Of a stretch of 43,448 nucleotides of DNA, positions 29,651-39,217 are shown one piece after another (position 1 is the first letter of the stretch; every line of letters starts with the position of its first letter). The position numbers were made by a program, and so were the translations under genes. Below the pieces are notes generated by a model that was not told the DNA's origin, made no database searches, and saw nothing but the letters and a program-made list of their open reading frames with translations. Source of the DNA: Sulfitobacter sp. (GTDB lineage: Bacteria; Pseudomonadota; Alphaproteobacteria; Rhodobacterales; Rhodobacteraceae); NCBI GenBank assembly GCA_041579395.1, contig JBFGFW010000001.1, positions 1-43,448 on the forward strand, given 5' to 3'.

Positions 29651-30448
29651 CTAATGCGAACCAAGATCAGAAGCCCGGTTGAATTGCCGGGCTTCTGTCG
29701 TTTCGAATAGTCGGGTGTCTTCGTTGAAGCTGATGCGTTCAATCGCGATCTGGTCAAGAGTGATGTCGATCAGGTTGAAATCATTCGCCTCGCCACGGAC
29801 CCGCGTCGACAGGCTGGTACCCGCGTGCAGTTGAACAGCAGTCGTGCCCCCTGATTCAATTGTAAAGTTGCCAGCGTGCCAGGTGTGCAAATGCCCAGAC
29901 AGGATCAGGTCGGTCCCACAGGACAGCAACTGTTCCAACGCTTTATCCGCGCCGGGAATCGGCTTTTTGTTTGTCTCGGCCGGGTGGTCGAGCGGATGGT
30001 GCATCACCAGAACCTTGGCTTTGCCCTCCGTTGATTTCTCCATTGCGGCACAGGCATTCTTAATGCGCGCCGCCGTCAGACGCCCGGTCTGCCACGCAAA
30101 CCGATCAACGGAATTAATCCCCATGACCAGCATGCCGTCATCTTCGAAATGCGGAGTCAGATCGCGATTGATGTATTTCTTGTAGGGCCGCCAAGGGGCG
30201 AAAAACCGTCGAAACGGCCGGTGCAGTGACACATCGTGGTTTCCTGGAACCGAAAGCACAGGCGCATCCAGTTGCGCAATAAAGTCTTGTGCCTCCTTAT
30301 ACTGGCTTATTCGCGCCCGCTGGGTCAGATCGCCGGAAATCGCGATCAGATCGGGCTGTAACTCATTCACGCAAGACACTAGCGGGCCCAGAAGGTCGGG
30401 CCGGTCTTTGCCGAAATGCAAATCGGATAGGTGGATCAGCCGGCTCAC
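29651..30448 (-). CDS. Calcineurin-like metallophosphoesterase (CpdA/Icc-like)
   Basis: SDLH, SGD, PGNHD, HHP and GHLH. Confidence 0.9.
   Translation of the reverse strand: MSRLIHLSDLHFGKDRPDLLGPLVSCVNELQPDLIAISGDLTQRARISQYKEAQDFIAQLDAPVLSVPGNHDVSLHRPFRRFFAPWRPYKKYINRDLTPHFEDDGMLVMGINSVDRFAWQTGRLTAARIKNACAAMEKSTEGKAKVLVMHHPLDHPAETNKKPIPGADKALEQLLSCGTDLILSGHLHTWHAGNFTIESGGTTAVQLHAGTSLSTRVRGEANDFNLIDITLDQIAIERISFNEDTRLFETTEARQFNRASDLGSH
29668..29697. terminator. Hairpin downstream of infB (inside the 3' end of the convergent gene)
   Basis: 11-bp perfect stem CAGAAGCCCGG/CCGGGCTTCTG. U tail is weak. Confidence 0.55.
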
Positions 30449-31365
30449 TCTGAGACCCCGTCTGCGGCCTTGGGGACGATCAGGTTCAGCGCCTGCCGGG
30501 TGATATAAAGCTTGAACGGCCCTTTCATGCTTGTCAGTTCGCCGTCCCTTGCGACGGGACGGGCGCGATGGGGCATTTCAAGCGTGATCTCATTTCCGCA
30601 ATGCATCTCATAGTCGGTTTTCTGCCTCGCGATGCCAAGCGCGATCGCCAATGCATGCTTTAGCAGACCCCACCTGTTCGTGTCAGGCGCAATCAACAGC
30701 ACCATGCCGCCATGGGCGATGACATCTTCGCCGCTCAGGCCCATCTCGTGCAGCTGAAAGGCGTTGCTGACGGCGAAGACCATGGGTGTGCGGTGATTGA
30801 ATGATTTTCCGTCTACCGTCACGGTCAGCCGCAGCGGTGCCCGCAGCGTTGCCAGCGCCTTGACCACCGACCAATAGGCGATGGCACGACTGCGGCCCCA
30901 CTTTTTGTAAATGCCCTCTCGGGTTTGCAAAATGGCGGCATAGGCACCGATGCTGGCGTTGTTCAGGAAAACCTGATCGTTGATCTTGGCCAGATCGGTG
31001 GGCCGAGTATGACCTTGGGCGATCACGTCCACTGCGTCCTCAACGACCTCTGGTAGATCGAGCGAGCGAGCGTAGTAATTGAAGGTGCCCGCCGGGATGA
31101 TCCCCATTTGACTGCCGGTGCCAGACAATCCAGTCGCGACACCGCTGATCGTGCCATCCCCACCGCATGCAATGATGGTCGCCTCTGGCGATCGCTTCGC
31201 GGCGTCAAAGGCGACCTTTTGCAACTTATCGCCGGGCTTGAATTCAATGAAGTCGACCTGGATGCCATGATCTGCAAATCGCGTGCTGATCTTTTCGATC
31301 CGGGATTGACCGTCTTGCCGGCCAGACCCCTTGTTCATAATAACAATGACGCGTTCCGGTTTCAT
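30445..31365 (-). CDS. Diacylglycerol/lipid kinase family protein (YegS-like)
   Basis: N..SG, GGDGT, IPAGTFN..AR, FLNNASIG and DGE. Confidence 0.9.
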   Translation of the reverse strand: MKPERVIVIMNKGSGRQDGQSRIEKISTRFADHGIQVDFIEFKPGDKLQKVAFDAAKRSPEATIIACGGDGTISGVATGLSGTGSQMGIIPAGTFNYYARSLDLPEVVEDAVDVIAQGHTRPTDLAKINDQVFLNNASIGAYAAILQTREGIYKKWGRSRAIAYWSVVKALATLRAPLRLTVTVDGKSFNHRTPMVFAVSNAFQLHEMGLSGEDVIAHGGMVLLIAPDTNRWGLLKHALAIALGIARQKTDYEMHCGNEITLEMPHRARPVARDGELTSMKGPFKLYITRQALNLIVPKAADGVSE

Positions 31366-31393
31366 CTGTGCCCAATCTGTACCAATCGGGTCA

Positions 31394-31419
31394 AACGCAG
31401 CGAGATACGGGTTGGTTCA
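31394..31419 (-). promoter_or_regulatory. Putative EcfG (sigmaT/RpoE2) general-stress promoter
   Basis: Minus strand reads TGAAC-N17-CGTT, ending 28 nt before the kinase ATG. Confidence 0.5.
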
Positions 31420-31439
31420 GATGTTAAACCGCAAGAAAC

Positions 31440-31574
31440 CTATTTCTTTCGGATGATCGGCCTGCCGGTGTAAATGGCATTGTCGACCATAACCGCGATC
31501 CGGCCATCGGGCATATCGCGGACGAACACGCCCTGTATTGAAACGGTCGTTCCGATCGTGATGGTACGCAGCAT
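31440..31574 (-). CDS. 44-aa small protein (not in ORF track)
   Basis: Hand translation gives MLRTITIGTTVSIQGVFVRDMPDGRIAVMVDNAIYTGRPIIRKK*. GGGGGGA RBS, and the ORF lies wholly in the intergenic gap. Confidence 0.7.
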   Translation of the reverse strand: MLRTITIGTTVSIQGVFVRDMPDGRIAVMVDNAIYTGRPIIRKK

Positions 31575-31693
31575 CCAATTTCCCCCCAGAAAGCAAGCTG
31601 TGTTTCTATAATAGGTTGAGACATGAAAATGTCTAGCGGCAAAGAATTAGCGACGGTGGTGCCGGAGCAGCACCTGAAAGTTCAACCGGCGTA

Positions 31694-32092
31694 CTAAAGC
31701 CAATCGCGCAGGATCGGGATCAGGGGAATGTCAGCCGCTGGCATAGGATAATCTTTCAACGCTGCGGGGCGAACCCATTTCAGCGTTTGCCCTTCTTTTG
31801 CACGCGGTGAACCTTGCCACTTCCGGCAGGCGAATAGCGGCATCAGCAGATGGAAATCGTCATACGCATGGCTGGCAAAGGTCAGCGGTGCCAGACAGGA
31901 TGCCCAAGTATCGATGCCCAGTTCTTCCTGAAGCTCACGCACCAGCGCGGCTTCGGGGGTTTCACCGGCTTCGACCTTGCCGCCGGGAAATTCCCAGAGA
32001 CCGGCCATGGATTTGCCGGGCGGGCGCTGTGCCAAAAGCACGCGCCCGTCCACGTCGATCAGCGCGACGGCTGACACAAGGACCATTTTCAA
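31694..32092 (-). CDS. mutT: 8-oxo-dGTP diphosphatase
   Basis: [32 protein letters not shown] start overlaps the argJ stop (alternative ATG at 32086). Confidence 0.9.
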   Translation of the reverse strand: MKMVLVSAVALIDVDGRVLLAQRPPGKSMAGLWEFPGGKVEAGETPEAALVRELQEELGIDTWASCLAPLTFASHAYDDFHLLMPLFACRKWQGSPRAKEGQTLKWVRPAALKDYPMPAADIPLIPILRDWL

Positions 32093-33315
32093 GAACGGTA
32101 GTCCGCGTTGATGTCGATATAGCCGTGGGTCAGGTCGCACGTCCAAACGGTGGCTTTGCCTTCGCCTATGCCCAGGTCGACACCGATCACGATGTTCTGT
32201 CCCCTCATATGGGCGGCAGCAGCTTCCTCAGAATAGTTCGGGCTGCGCCACCCGTCCTTCGCCACTTCGATGTCGCCAAACCGGATCGACAGGCGGTCAC
32301 GATCGGCAGCCGCGCCGGATTTTCCGACCGCCATCACGACGCGCCCCCAGTTCGGGTCTTGCCCCGCGATTGCTGTCTTTATCAGCGGAGAGTTCGCGAT
32401 AGCCATGCCGTGCGTCTTGGCATCGGCATCGCTGGCCGCACCCGTCACGGCGATCTCTACAAATTTCGTGGCCCCTTCGCCATCCTGAACGACCTGATGG
32501 GCCAGATCCAGCATGACGCCGTGCAAGGCATCGGAAAACGCATCGCTTTCGCTGGCGTCGGCACCGGATGCACCTGTCGCCGCAAGGATCAGACTGTCAG
32601 AGGTGGACGTATCGCTGTCCACGGTGATGCAGTTAAACGTGCTGTCGGTATGCTTGGACAGCATTGACTGAAGCGCGGGCTGACTGACAACCGCATCGGT
32701 AAAGATATAGACCAACATCGTCGCCATATCGGGCGCAATCATGCCTGAGCCTTTTGCGATTCCCGCGATCGACACTGTTTTGCCGTCAATCGTCACCTGT
32801 GCCATCGATCCTTTGGGGAAGGTATCGGTGGTCATGATGGCCTTGGCCGCACCGGCGATTCCGCCAGCGTCCAGATTGCTTTTCAGATCTGCCAGCACCG
32901 AAGTGATCCGATCGTGGGGCAACGGCTCGCCGATGACACCGGTCGACGATGTAAACACCCGTGATTGCGGCACATCGCAAACTCCAGCGACGGCGGTGGT
33001 AATCGCCTCGACCGCGGCGACGCCATTCTTGCCGGTAAAGGCATTGGCGTTGCCCGAATTCACCAGAATTGCGGCACCCGCGTCAGAAGCAACGCCGATC
33101 TTGGCCTGGCAGTCCAGAACCGGGGCCGCACGGGTAGCGGACCGTGTAAAGGTACCGGCGACAGTTGACCCCGGTGCAAGCGTGGCCAGCATCACGTCGG
33201 TGCGACCCTGATACCGCACCCCGGCCGCGATGGTGGCAAATTGCACACCGTCGATGGCAGGCAGTTCAGGAAATTTTGCAGGGGCCAGTGGAGATACAGA
33301 AACCGTTTTGCCCAT
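32089..33315 (-). CDS. argJ: Bifunctional ornithine acetyltransferase
   Basis: [25 protein letters not shown] autocleavage site, DTSTSD and [10 protein letters not shown]. Confidence 0.97.
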   Translation of the reverse strand: MGKTVSVSPLAPAKFPELPAIDGVQFATIAAGVRYQGRTDVMLATLAPGSTVAGTFTRSATRAAPVLDCQAKIGVASDAGAAILVNSGNANAFTGKNGVAAVEAITTAVAGVCDVPQSRVFTSSTGVIGEPLPHDRITSVLADLKSNLDAGGIAGAAKAIMTTDTFPKGSMAQVTIDGKTVSIAGIAKGSGMIAPDMATMLVYIFTDAVVSQPALQSMLSKHTDSTFNCITVDSDTSTSDSLILAATGASGADASESDAFSDALHGVMLDLAHQVVQDGEGATKFVEIAVTGAASDADAKTHGMAIANSPLIKTAIAGQDPNWGRVVMAVGKSGAAADRDRLSIRFGDIEVAKDGWRSPNYSEEAAAAHMRGQNIVIGVDLGIGEGKATVWTCDLTHGYIDINADYRS

Positions 33316-33317
33316 GA

Positions 33318-34166
33318 TTATTCCAAAAGGCCAAGGTTGGTCAGGATTGTGGGGTCGATGCCCTCGGCGGGGGTCTTATCCACGGTTGCGGCTGCGGTCA
33401 TCTTTTCGATCATCTGCTGGGCTTTGACCTGACGAATCTGGGTTTCCAGCTCTGCCTTGACCTCGTCCATCGCGGGGGCACCTTTTTCACGCTTCTCGTT
33501 CAGCTTGATGATGTGCCAGCCAAATTGCGTTTCAACGGGCAGTGACACTTCACCAATCTCAAGCGCTGTCACAGCTGTTTCAAAGTCCGGGACCATCATG
33601 CCGGGGCCAAACCAGCCCAGTGATCCACCACCCGGCCCGGATGGCCCAGTCGATTTTTCCTTGGCCACTTCGGCAAAATTTGCCCCACCGTCAAGTTCCG
33701 CCTTGATCGCCAACGCTGCTTCTTCGGTTTCAACCAGAATATGCGACGCGTTATATTCCTGACTTGGCTCGGCGGTGGCATAAGCCTCATCATAGGCGGC
33801 CTGCAGCTCTTCTGCGGTAATATCCTCGGCCATGGTCTTTTCGATCACTTCACCGGCGATCAGTTGCCGACGCTCATTTTCCAAGGCCAGTTCAACGCGT
33901 GGCGGAAGATCGCCTTCATATGACTGAGACAGAGCGGTCTGTTGGACCAATTGATCCAGAATACCTTTGAACAACACCTCTGCCGGCAGCTGCTGATACT
34001 GCTCGGGCAGGCTGGCGCGGGCGATAATCATATTACCAATAGTGATTTCCATACCATTCACCGTGGCGACGACCGTATCGGCCTTGACCTCTTGTTGGGC
34101 GGCGGCAGGCAGGGCCAGCGAGGCGGCAAACAAGAGTGGTGCCAGAAATGTGAGGGGTTTTTGCAT
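33318..34166 (-). CDS. Exported parvulin-type peptidyl-prolyl isomerase
   Basis: Signal peptide, with ASHILV, GGSLGWF, MVPDFE and TQFGWHII. Confidence 0.92.
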   Translation of the reverse strand: MQKPLTFLAPLLFAASLALPAAAQQEVKADTVVATVNGMEITIGNMIIARASLPEQYQQLPAEVLFKGILDQLVQQTALSQSYEGDLPPRVELALENERRQLIAGEVIEKTMAEDITAEELQAAYDEAYATAEPSQEYNASHILVETEEAALAIKAELDGGANFAEVAKEKSTGPSGPGGGSLGWFGPGMMVPDFETAVTALEIGEVSLPVETQFGWHIIKLNEKREKGAPAMDEVKAELETQIRQVKAQQMIEKMTAAATVDKTPAEGIDPTILTNLGLLE

Positions 34167-34206
34167 GTATCTGTCCTAGGTTACGCCGCCACGAGGGGCT
34201 GCTACA

Positions 34207-34235
34207 TTGACACGGTTTGGTGCGCCCCTTACATC
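34207..34235 (+). promoter_or_regulatory. Putative secA promoter
   Basis: TTGACA-N17-TACATC. Confidence 0.55.
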
Positions 34236-34342
34236 GCCCTATGGGCGCGGCTTTGGCGCACGTTCAGTCTTGTATCTAGGGGCTGACCGGCGGCTCGGCA
34301 AGCAGATCAGCGCAACACATCATAACTTCGGCAGGAGATTAC

Positions 34343-37042
34343 ATGCTGGGCATCGGAACACTCGCCAAAAAGGTCTTTGGGACCCCCAATGATCGTAAAA
34401 TCAAGGCGACCCGCCCGCTGGTTGATCAGATCAACGCAATGGAAGACCATTTTCTGACGTTGACCGATGATGGGCTCAAGGAAAAAACCGAAGAGCTGCG
34501 CAAGCGCGCGCTGGACGGTGAAAGCCTGGATGACCTGTTGCCAGAGGCGTTTGCCAATGCACGCGAAGCGGCCCGCCGCACATTGGGACTGCGCGCCTTC
34601 GACACCCAGTTGATGGCGGCGATTTTTTTGCATCAGGGCAACATATCAGAGCAGAAAACCGGCGAGGGCAAGACGCTGACCGCGTCGCTTGCGGCGTATC
34701 TGAACGCACTGACAGGCAGGGGCGTACACATCGTCACCGTTAACGAATACCTTGTTCAACGTGACGCCGATTGGATGGGCAAGGTGTTTGCCGCACTTGG
34801 TCTGACCACGGGTGCCGCCATTTCGGGCATGACCGAGGAAGACAAGCGCGCCGCATACAACTGCGATGTGACATATGCCACGAACAATGAACTGGGCTTT
34901 GACTATCTGCGCGACAACATGAAATCCGAGCTTAGCCAGATTTTCCAGAAATATCACAACTTTGCCATCGTGGACGAAGTGGACAGCATTCTGATCGACG
35001 AAGCGCGGACGCCGCTGATCATTTCAGGCCCGTCGCAGGATCGGTCCGAGATGTACAAGATCGTCGACGACGTAATTCCGCTGCTGCAGCCATCGCATTA
35101 CGAGTTGGACGAAAAGACCCGCAACGTCACCTTTACCGATGAAGGTAACGAGTTTCTTGAGGAAGAGCTGCACAATCGCGGCCTGCTTGAGGAAGGTCTG
35201 ACGATGTACGATCCTGAAAGCACGACATTGGTCCATCATGTGAATCAGGGTCTGCGGGCGCATAAGCTGTTTCAGCGCGACAAGGATTATATCGTGCGCG
35301 ATGGCGAAGTGATGCTGATCGACGAATTTACAGGACGCATGATGACAGGCCGCCGTCTGTCCGACGGTCTGCACCAGGCGATCGAGGCCAAGGAAGACTG
35401 CAAGATCCAGCCCGAAAACGTGACCCTCGCGTCTGTGACATTCCAGAACTACTTCCGTCTTTATGACAAACTGGCCGGTATGACCGGCACCGCCGAAACC
35501 GAAGCCGATGAATTCAACGAAATTTACGGCCTTGGCGTGGTTGTCGTACCCACCAACATGCCGGTGGCGCGCGTGGACGAAGACGATCAGGTCTACCGCT
35601 CCGCGCTTGAGAAATATCAGGCGATGATCGAAAAGGTCAAAGAAGCGAATGCCAAGGGTCAGCCCGTGCTGGTCGGTACGACGTCGATCGAAAAGTCTGA
35701 AATGCTGAGCAAGATGCTGACGGACGCGGGGATCACGCACAACGTTCTGAATGCGCGCCAGCACGAGCAGGAAGCGCAGATTGTGGCCGATGCCGGCAAA
35801 TTCGGCGCAGTGACCATCGCGACGAATATGGCGGGGCGTGGCACCGACATTCAGTTGGGCGGCAACGTCGAACTGAAGGTGCTTGAGGCGCTCGACGCCG
35901 ATCCGCACGCTGATCCAGTTGCCATCCGCGCGCAGATCGAAGCCGAACATGCCGACGAGAAGAAAAAAGTCATCGAAGCCGGAGGCCTGAGCGTGCTTGC
36001 GTCTGAGCGCCACGAAAGCCGCCGCATCGACAATCAGTTGCGCGGTCGGTCGGGCCGTCAGGGTGATCCGGGCCGGTCGTCATTCTATCTGTCTCTCGAA
36101 GACGATCTGATGCGTATTTTTGGCTCGGAACGGCTTGAAAAGGTTTTGACCACATTGGGTTTGAAAGAGGGCGAGGCGATCATACACCCGTGGGTGAACA
36201 AATCGCTGGAACGCGCGCAAGCCAAAGTCGAAGGCCGCAACTTTGATATTCGCAAACAGTTGCTGAAGTTCGACGATGTAATGAACGAACAGCGGAAAGT
36301 TGTCTTTGGCCAGCGCCGCGACATCATGGAAGCTGCGGATTTGTCAGAGATCACGGCGGACATGCGCGAACAGGTGATCGAGGATTTGATCGACGAGTAC
36401 ATGCCCGCCAAATCCTATGCGGATCAATGGGACACCAAGGGGTTCCAGGCCGCGGTTCTGGATCAGCTGAACCTTGATTTGCCCGTCGCCAACTGGTGCG
36501 AGGAAGAGGGCGTGGACGACGAAGTGATCCGCGAACGCCTGGTCAAGGCCTGCAACGAAATGATGGCCGAGAAGACAGAGAAATTTGGCCATGAAAATAT
36601 GCGCAACATCGAAAAGCAGGTGTTGTTACAGGCGATTGACGGCAAATGGCGGGACCATCTGCTGACGCTTGAACATCTTCGTTCCGTCGTCGGATTCCGC
36701 GGTTATGCCCAGCGCGATCCGCTGAACGAATACAAGAATGAATCGTTCCAATTGTTCGAAACGATGCTGGACAGCTTGCGCACCGATGTGACGCAAAAGC
36801 TGGCTCAGATCAGGCCAATGACGGAAGAAGAACAGCAGCAGATGATTGCCCAAATGCAGGAACGTCAGGCGGTGCCCGAAGCTGCTGCGGCGAAAGCGTC
36901 GGATGCCGCTGAACCGGTCGAGCCTGCGGTGACTGGATTTAGGGAAGACGACCCAAGCACATGGGGCAATCCGGCGCGCAATGATGAATGCCCGTGCGGT
37001 TCTGGCAAGAAGTTCAAGCATTGCCACGGGCGGATGGTCTAG
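34343..37042 (+). CDS. secA: Preprotein translocase ATPase SecA
   Basis: [46 protein letters not shown] and SEC-C motif [13 protein letters not shown]. Confidence 0.98.
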   Translation: MLGIGTLAKKVFGTPNDRKIKATRPLVDQINAMEDHFLTLTDDGLKEKTEELRKRALDGESLDDLLPEAFANAREAARRTLGLRAFDTQLMAAIFLHQGNISEQKTGEGKTLTASLAAYLNALTGRGVHIVTVNEYLVQRDADWMGKVFAALGLTTGAAISGMTEEDKRAAYNCDVTYATNNELGFDYLRDNMKSELSQIFQKYHNFAIVDEVDSILIDEARTPLIISGPSQDRSEMYKIVDDVIPLLQPSHYELDEKTRNVTFTDEGNEFLEEELHNRGLLEEGLTMYDPESTTLVHHVNQGLRAHKLFQRDKDYIVRDGEVMLIDEFTGRMMTGRRLSDGLHQAIEAKEDCKIQPENVTLASVTFQNYFRLYDKLAGMTGTAETEADEFNEIYGLGVVVVPTNMPVARVDEDDQVYRSALEKYQAMIEKVKEANAKGQPVLVGTTSIEKSEMLSKMLTDAGITHNVLNARQHEQEAQIVADAGKFGAVTIATNMAGRGTDIQLGGNVELKVLEALDADPHADPVAIRAQIEAEHADEKKKVIEAGGLSVLASERHESRRIDNQLRGRSGRQGDPGRSSFYLSLEDDLMRIFGSERLEKVLTTLGLKEGEAIIHPWVNKSLERAQAKVEGRNFDIRKQLLKFDDVMNEQRKVVFGQRRDIMEAADLSEITADMREQVIEDLIDEYMPAKSYADQWDTKGFQAAVLDQLNLDLPVANWCEEEGVDDEVIRERLVKACNEMMAEKTEKFGHENMRNIEKQVLLQAIDGKWRDHLLTLEHLRSVVGFRGYAQRDPLNEYKNESFQLFETMLDSLRTDVTQKLAQIRPMTEEEQQQMIAQMQERQAVPEAAAAKASDAAEPVEPAVTGFREDDPSTWGNPARNDECPCGSGKKFKHCHGRMV

Positions 37043-37253
37043 GATCGGGCAAAGACGGGCTGATACATAAGCGGCAAGTGTTCTTCGGGTGGTCAGGGAA
37101 TTGATCACCCGACGCACAATGTTTGCGGCGAAGTCTGGTCAGATGCAGATCGCTTGCTCGCGCCTTCGAAGCGTAAGTTCACCAGACCGTGCGCGCCATT
37201 AGCGTTCAATCAACCTTCGTAAAGGATGTTCCATCATCCCAACAACGGAGAGT

Positions 37254-37526
37254 ATGATGCCGACTTTCGACAATTTTCAGGACTACAATGCCGGGTTGAC
37301 CGGGCCCATTTGCGGCGGTTTTGACATCGTTCCCAATGACAGCAGCGATATCGAACAGATGACCCGCGCGATCATGGTTACCGGTTCGGGGGACGTGACA
37401 ATCGTTATGAAAGGCGGCGAAACCCTAAGCCTGCCGAACCTCAGCACCGGTGTGATTTATCCTTTTCGGATCAGCAGGGTGATGGCCACGGGCACAACAG
37501 CCACTGGTATCAAGGGTCTGGTCTGA
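37254..37526 (+). CDS. 90-aa protein resembling GTA/phage head-spike base protein (Rcc01079/GhsA family)
   Basis: GGAGAG RBS. The pattern GLTGP...IVPND...RAI.V...GDV...GVIYP.R..RV.ATGTTATGI matches my recollection of the family. Confidence 0.7.
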   Translation: MMPTFDNFQDYNAGLTGPICGGFDIVPNDSSDIEQMTRAIMVTGSGDVTIVMKGGETLSLPNLSTGVIYPFRISRVMATGTTATGIKGLV

Positions 37527-37576
37527 GCCAACCCACTTTGGGCGGGGCGCTGGCAAGGGGAATAACAAAACCTTTC

Positions 37577-38248
37577 CTAGCGTCCCGTCGGCCACAGTAA
37601 GACTGGCGCAGTCCTTGCCAAGATCGTCAAATCACCGATAAACGACACGGACTGACAGTACTCCGTGTCCAATTGCACACGCTGCGCGAAGCAGGCGTTC
37701 TGGCGTCCTGTGATCTGCCACAAACCCGTAAGACCTGGACGGGTCGCCAAATAGTCCTGCACAGATTCTTCATAGTACCGCAGTTCGATGCGGGTCACCG
37801 GGCGTGGGCCCACAAGCGACATTTCCCCACGGATGACATTCCAGATTTGTGGCAGTTCATCCAAGCTGGTTTCCCTGAGAATGCGGCCAAACGGGACAAT
37901 ACGCGGGTCATCGCGAAGCTTGCGACTTCGTTGCCATTGCCTGGCGCAGTCTGGCCGGACGCGCAGCAAATCCGCCAAGGCCCCATCAGCGTCCGGCACC
38001 ATTGTCCGGATTTTCCAGCAGCGAAAAACCTTGCCGTTTCTGCCAACCCGCAGATGGCCGAAAAATCCAGATGACCCGGTTGCTGTCGCAAGACACCAAA
38101 GACAACTGATTAACGGCACGACAACCGGCAGCAACAGCAAGCATATCACCAAATCAAACAGGCGCTTTCCGCCGCTTCGGTAGACGCCAGGGCGTTTGAT
38201 TGGGCGTGCGGGCAACGCCCATTTGACCGCATAGTCCAGAAACGCCAT
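37577..38248 (-). CDS. Priming sugar transferase (undecaprenyl-phosphate glycosyl-1-P transferase, ExoY/WcaJ C-terminal type)
   Basis: KRLFD, RVGRNGK.F..WKIRTM, DPRI, SLDELPQ.WNV..GEMSLVGPRP and PGLTGLWQ. Confidence 0.92.
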   Translation of the reverse strand: MAFLDYAVKWALPARPIKRPGVYRSGGKRLFDLVICLLLLPVVVPLISCLWCLATATGSSGFFGHLRVGRNGKVFRCWKIRTMVPDADGALADLLRVRPDCARQWQRSRKLRDDPRIVPFGRILRETSLDELPQIWNVIRGEMSLVGPRPVTRIELRYYEESVQDYLATRPGLTGLWQITGRQNACFAQRVQLDTEYCQSVSFIGDLTILARTAPVLLWPTGR

Positions 38249-38308
38249 TCTTACCCCAACGCTGCCCTGTTCTTCGTAGACTGTCGGGTCAGGTATGCAG
38301 GTGGGATG

Positions 38309-38323
38309 CTAAATTGGCGTTAA
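38309..38323. promoter_or_regulatory. Putative CtrA box upstream of the sugar transferase
   Basis: CTAA-N7-TTAA (minus strand TTAA-N7-TTAG), 60 nt upstream of the ATG. Confidence 0.45.
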
Positions 38324-38339
38324 GCCGCGAATGCTGCGT

Positions 38340-39077
38340 TCAGGCGTATTCGAATTCAACCTCGCCCTGAAAGATCGTCGCGGCGGTCAGCTTGTCTGTC
38401 GCGTAGGCACCCGTATCGATCGACACGACACCGTTCTTGATGGTTGGCGTGTCGATAATCGTGTGTCCATGGACGACCCAGATCCCGTCGCTGCGCGAAA
38501 CTTTGCCAAAGTTCTCGTGTCCCCAAAGTAGGGTGCGGTTTTCTTGTTCTTCTATCGCAATCTCGGGGTCCGCACCCGCGTGTACGAAGGCGACGTTTCC
38601 CGATGTCCAGTATTTTGGCAGGTTGGCAAGCCAATCCACCAAGTCGTCGCCCATGGCATGAAACAGGGCATCACGGGCGCGGACCAGATCCGACCCAGTC
38701 GACCTTTGCGTGATCCCTGACACACCAAAACTAGCTAACGTCTGAAGGCCACCATAGCGCAGCCAGCGTTCGCCATTCTCCTCAGGATTATCGATAAATT
38801 TCAACATCATCTGCTCATGATTGCCCATCAGCGTGATCACGTCTGGCGCGGCATGAAGCATCCGCAGCACCTCGGCGCTTTGTTCGCCGCGGTCAACCAT
38901 ATCACCTAGGCAGATGATTTGCGTATCGCCCGGTTTCTCGGGTAGTTTCTGAATAAGATCAAAGCGTCCATGGATATCACCGACAGCGACAACTGGTTGG
39001 TCAGGCGCAATCGGATCGAACGTGATCTTCCGCTTTTCCGCCCGTTCTTCGGGGCGCTGAAACCATTTTTTTAACAT
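38340..39077 (-). CDS. PPP-family (PrpA/lambda-like) metallophosphatase
   Basis: GDIHG, GDMVDRG, GNHE, HAG, VHGHT and IDTGA. Start MLKKW at 39077. Confidence 0.88.
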   Translation of the reverse strand: MLKKWFQRPEERAEKRKITFDPIAPDQPVVAVGDIHGRFDLIQKLPEKPGDTQIICLGDMVDRGEQSAEVLRMLHAAPDVITLMGNHEQMMLKFIDNPEENGERWLRYGGLQTLASFGVSGITQRSTGSDLVRARDALFHAMGDDLVDWLANLPKYWTSGNVAFVHAGADPEIAIEEQENRTLLWGHENFGKVSRSDGIWVVHGHTIIDTPTIKNGVVSIDTGAYATDKLTAATIFQGEVEFEYA

Positions 39078-39217
39078 CGCTCTGCCTGCTATTCCTGTGT
39101 TGCAAAACTGGCGCAACAATGACCTAAACCTGATGAAAAGGGCGACCGGAAAGTGTAGTCTCGTGTTTAACTCTGTATTGTCCGCCCATTGAGAACAGTT
39201 AGTAAAAAGGTCGGCAG

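Noticed and set aside
29643-29700. Absence of rbfA-truB after infB
   Set aside because: I recall this split as a lineage-wide Rhodobacterales arrangement rather than a novelty of this window.
31424-31642. 72-aa ORF-track ORF in the DAGK-mutT gap
   Set aside because: It overlaps the 44-aa ORF in another frame, which has the better RBS and a more protein-like composition.
6590-32092. Three Nudix hydrolases in one window as a dedicated system
   Set aside because: They belong to different subfamilies in separate housekeeping contexts, with no sign of a shared pathway.
37254-37526. Prophage remnant after secA
   Set aside because: No integrase, att repeats or other phage genes are visible; it is a single intact gene.
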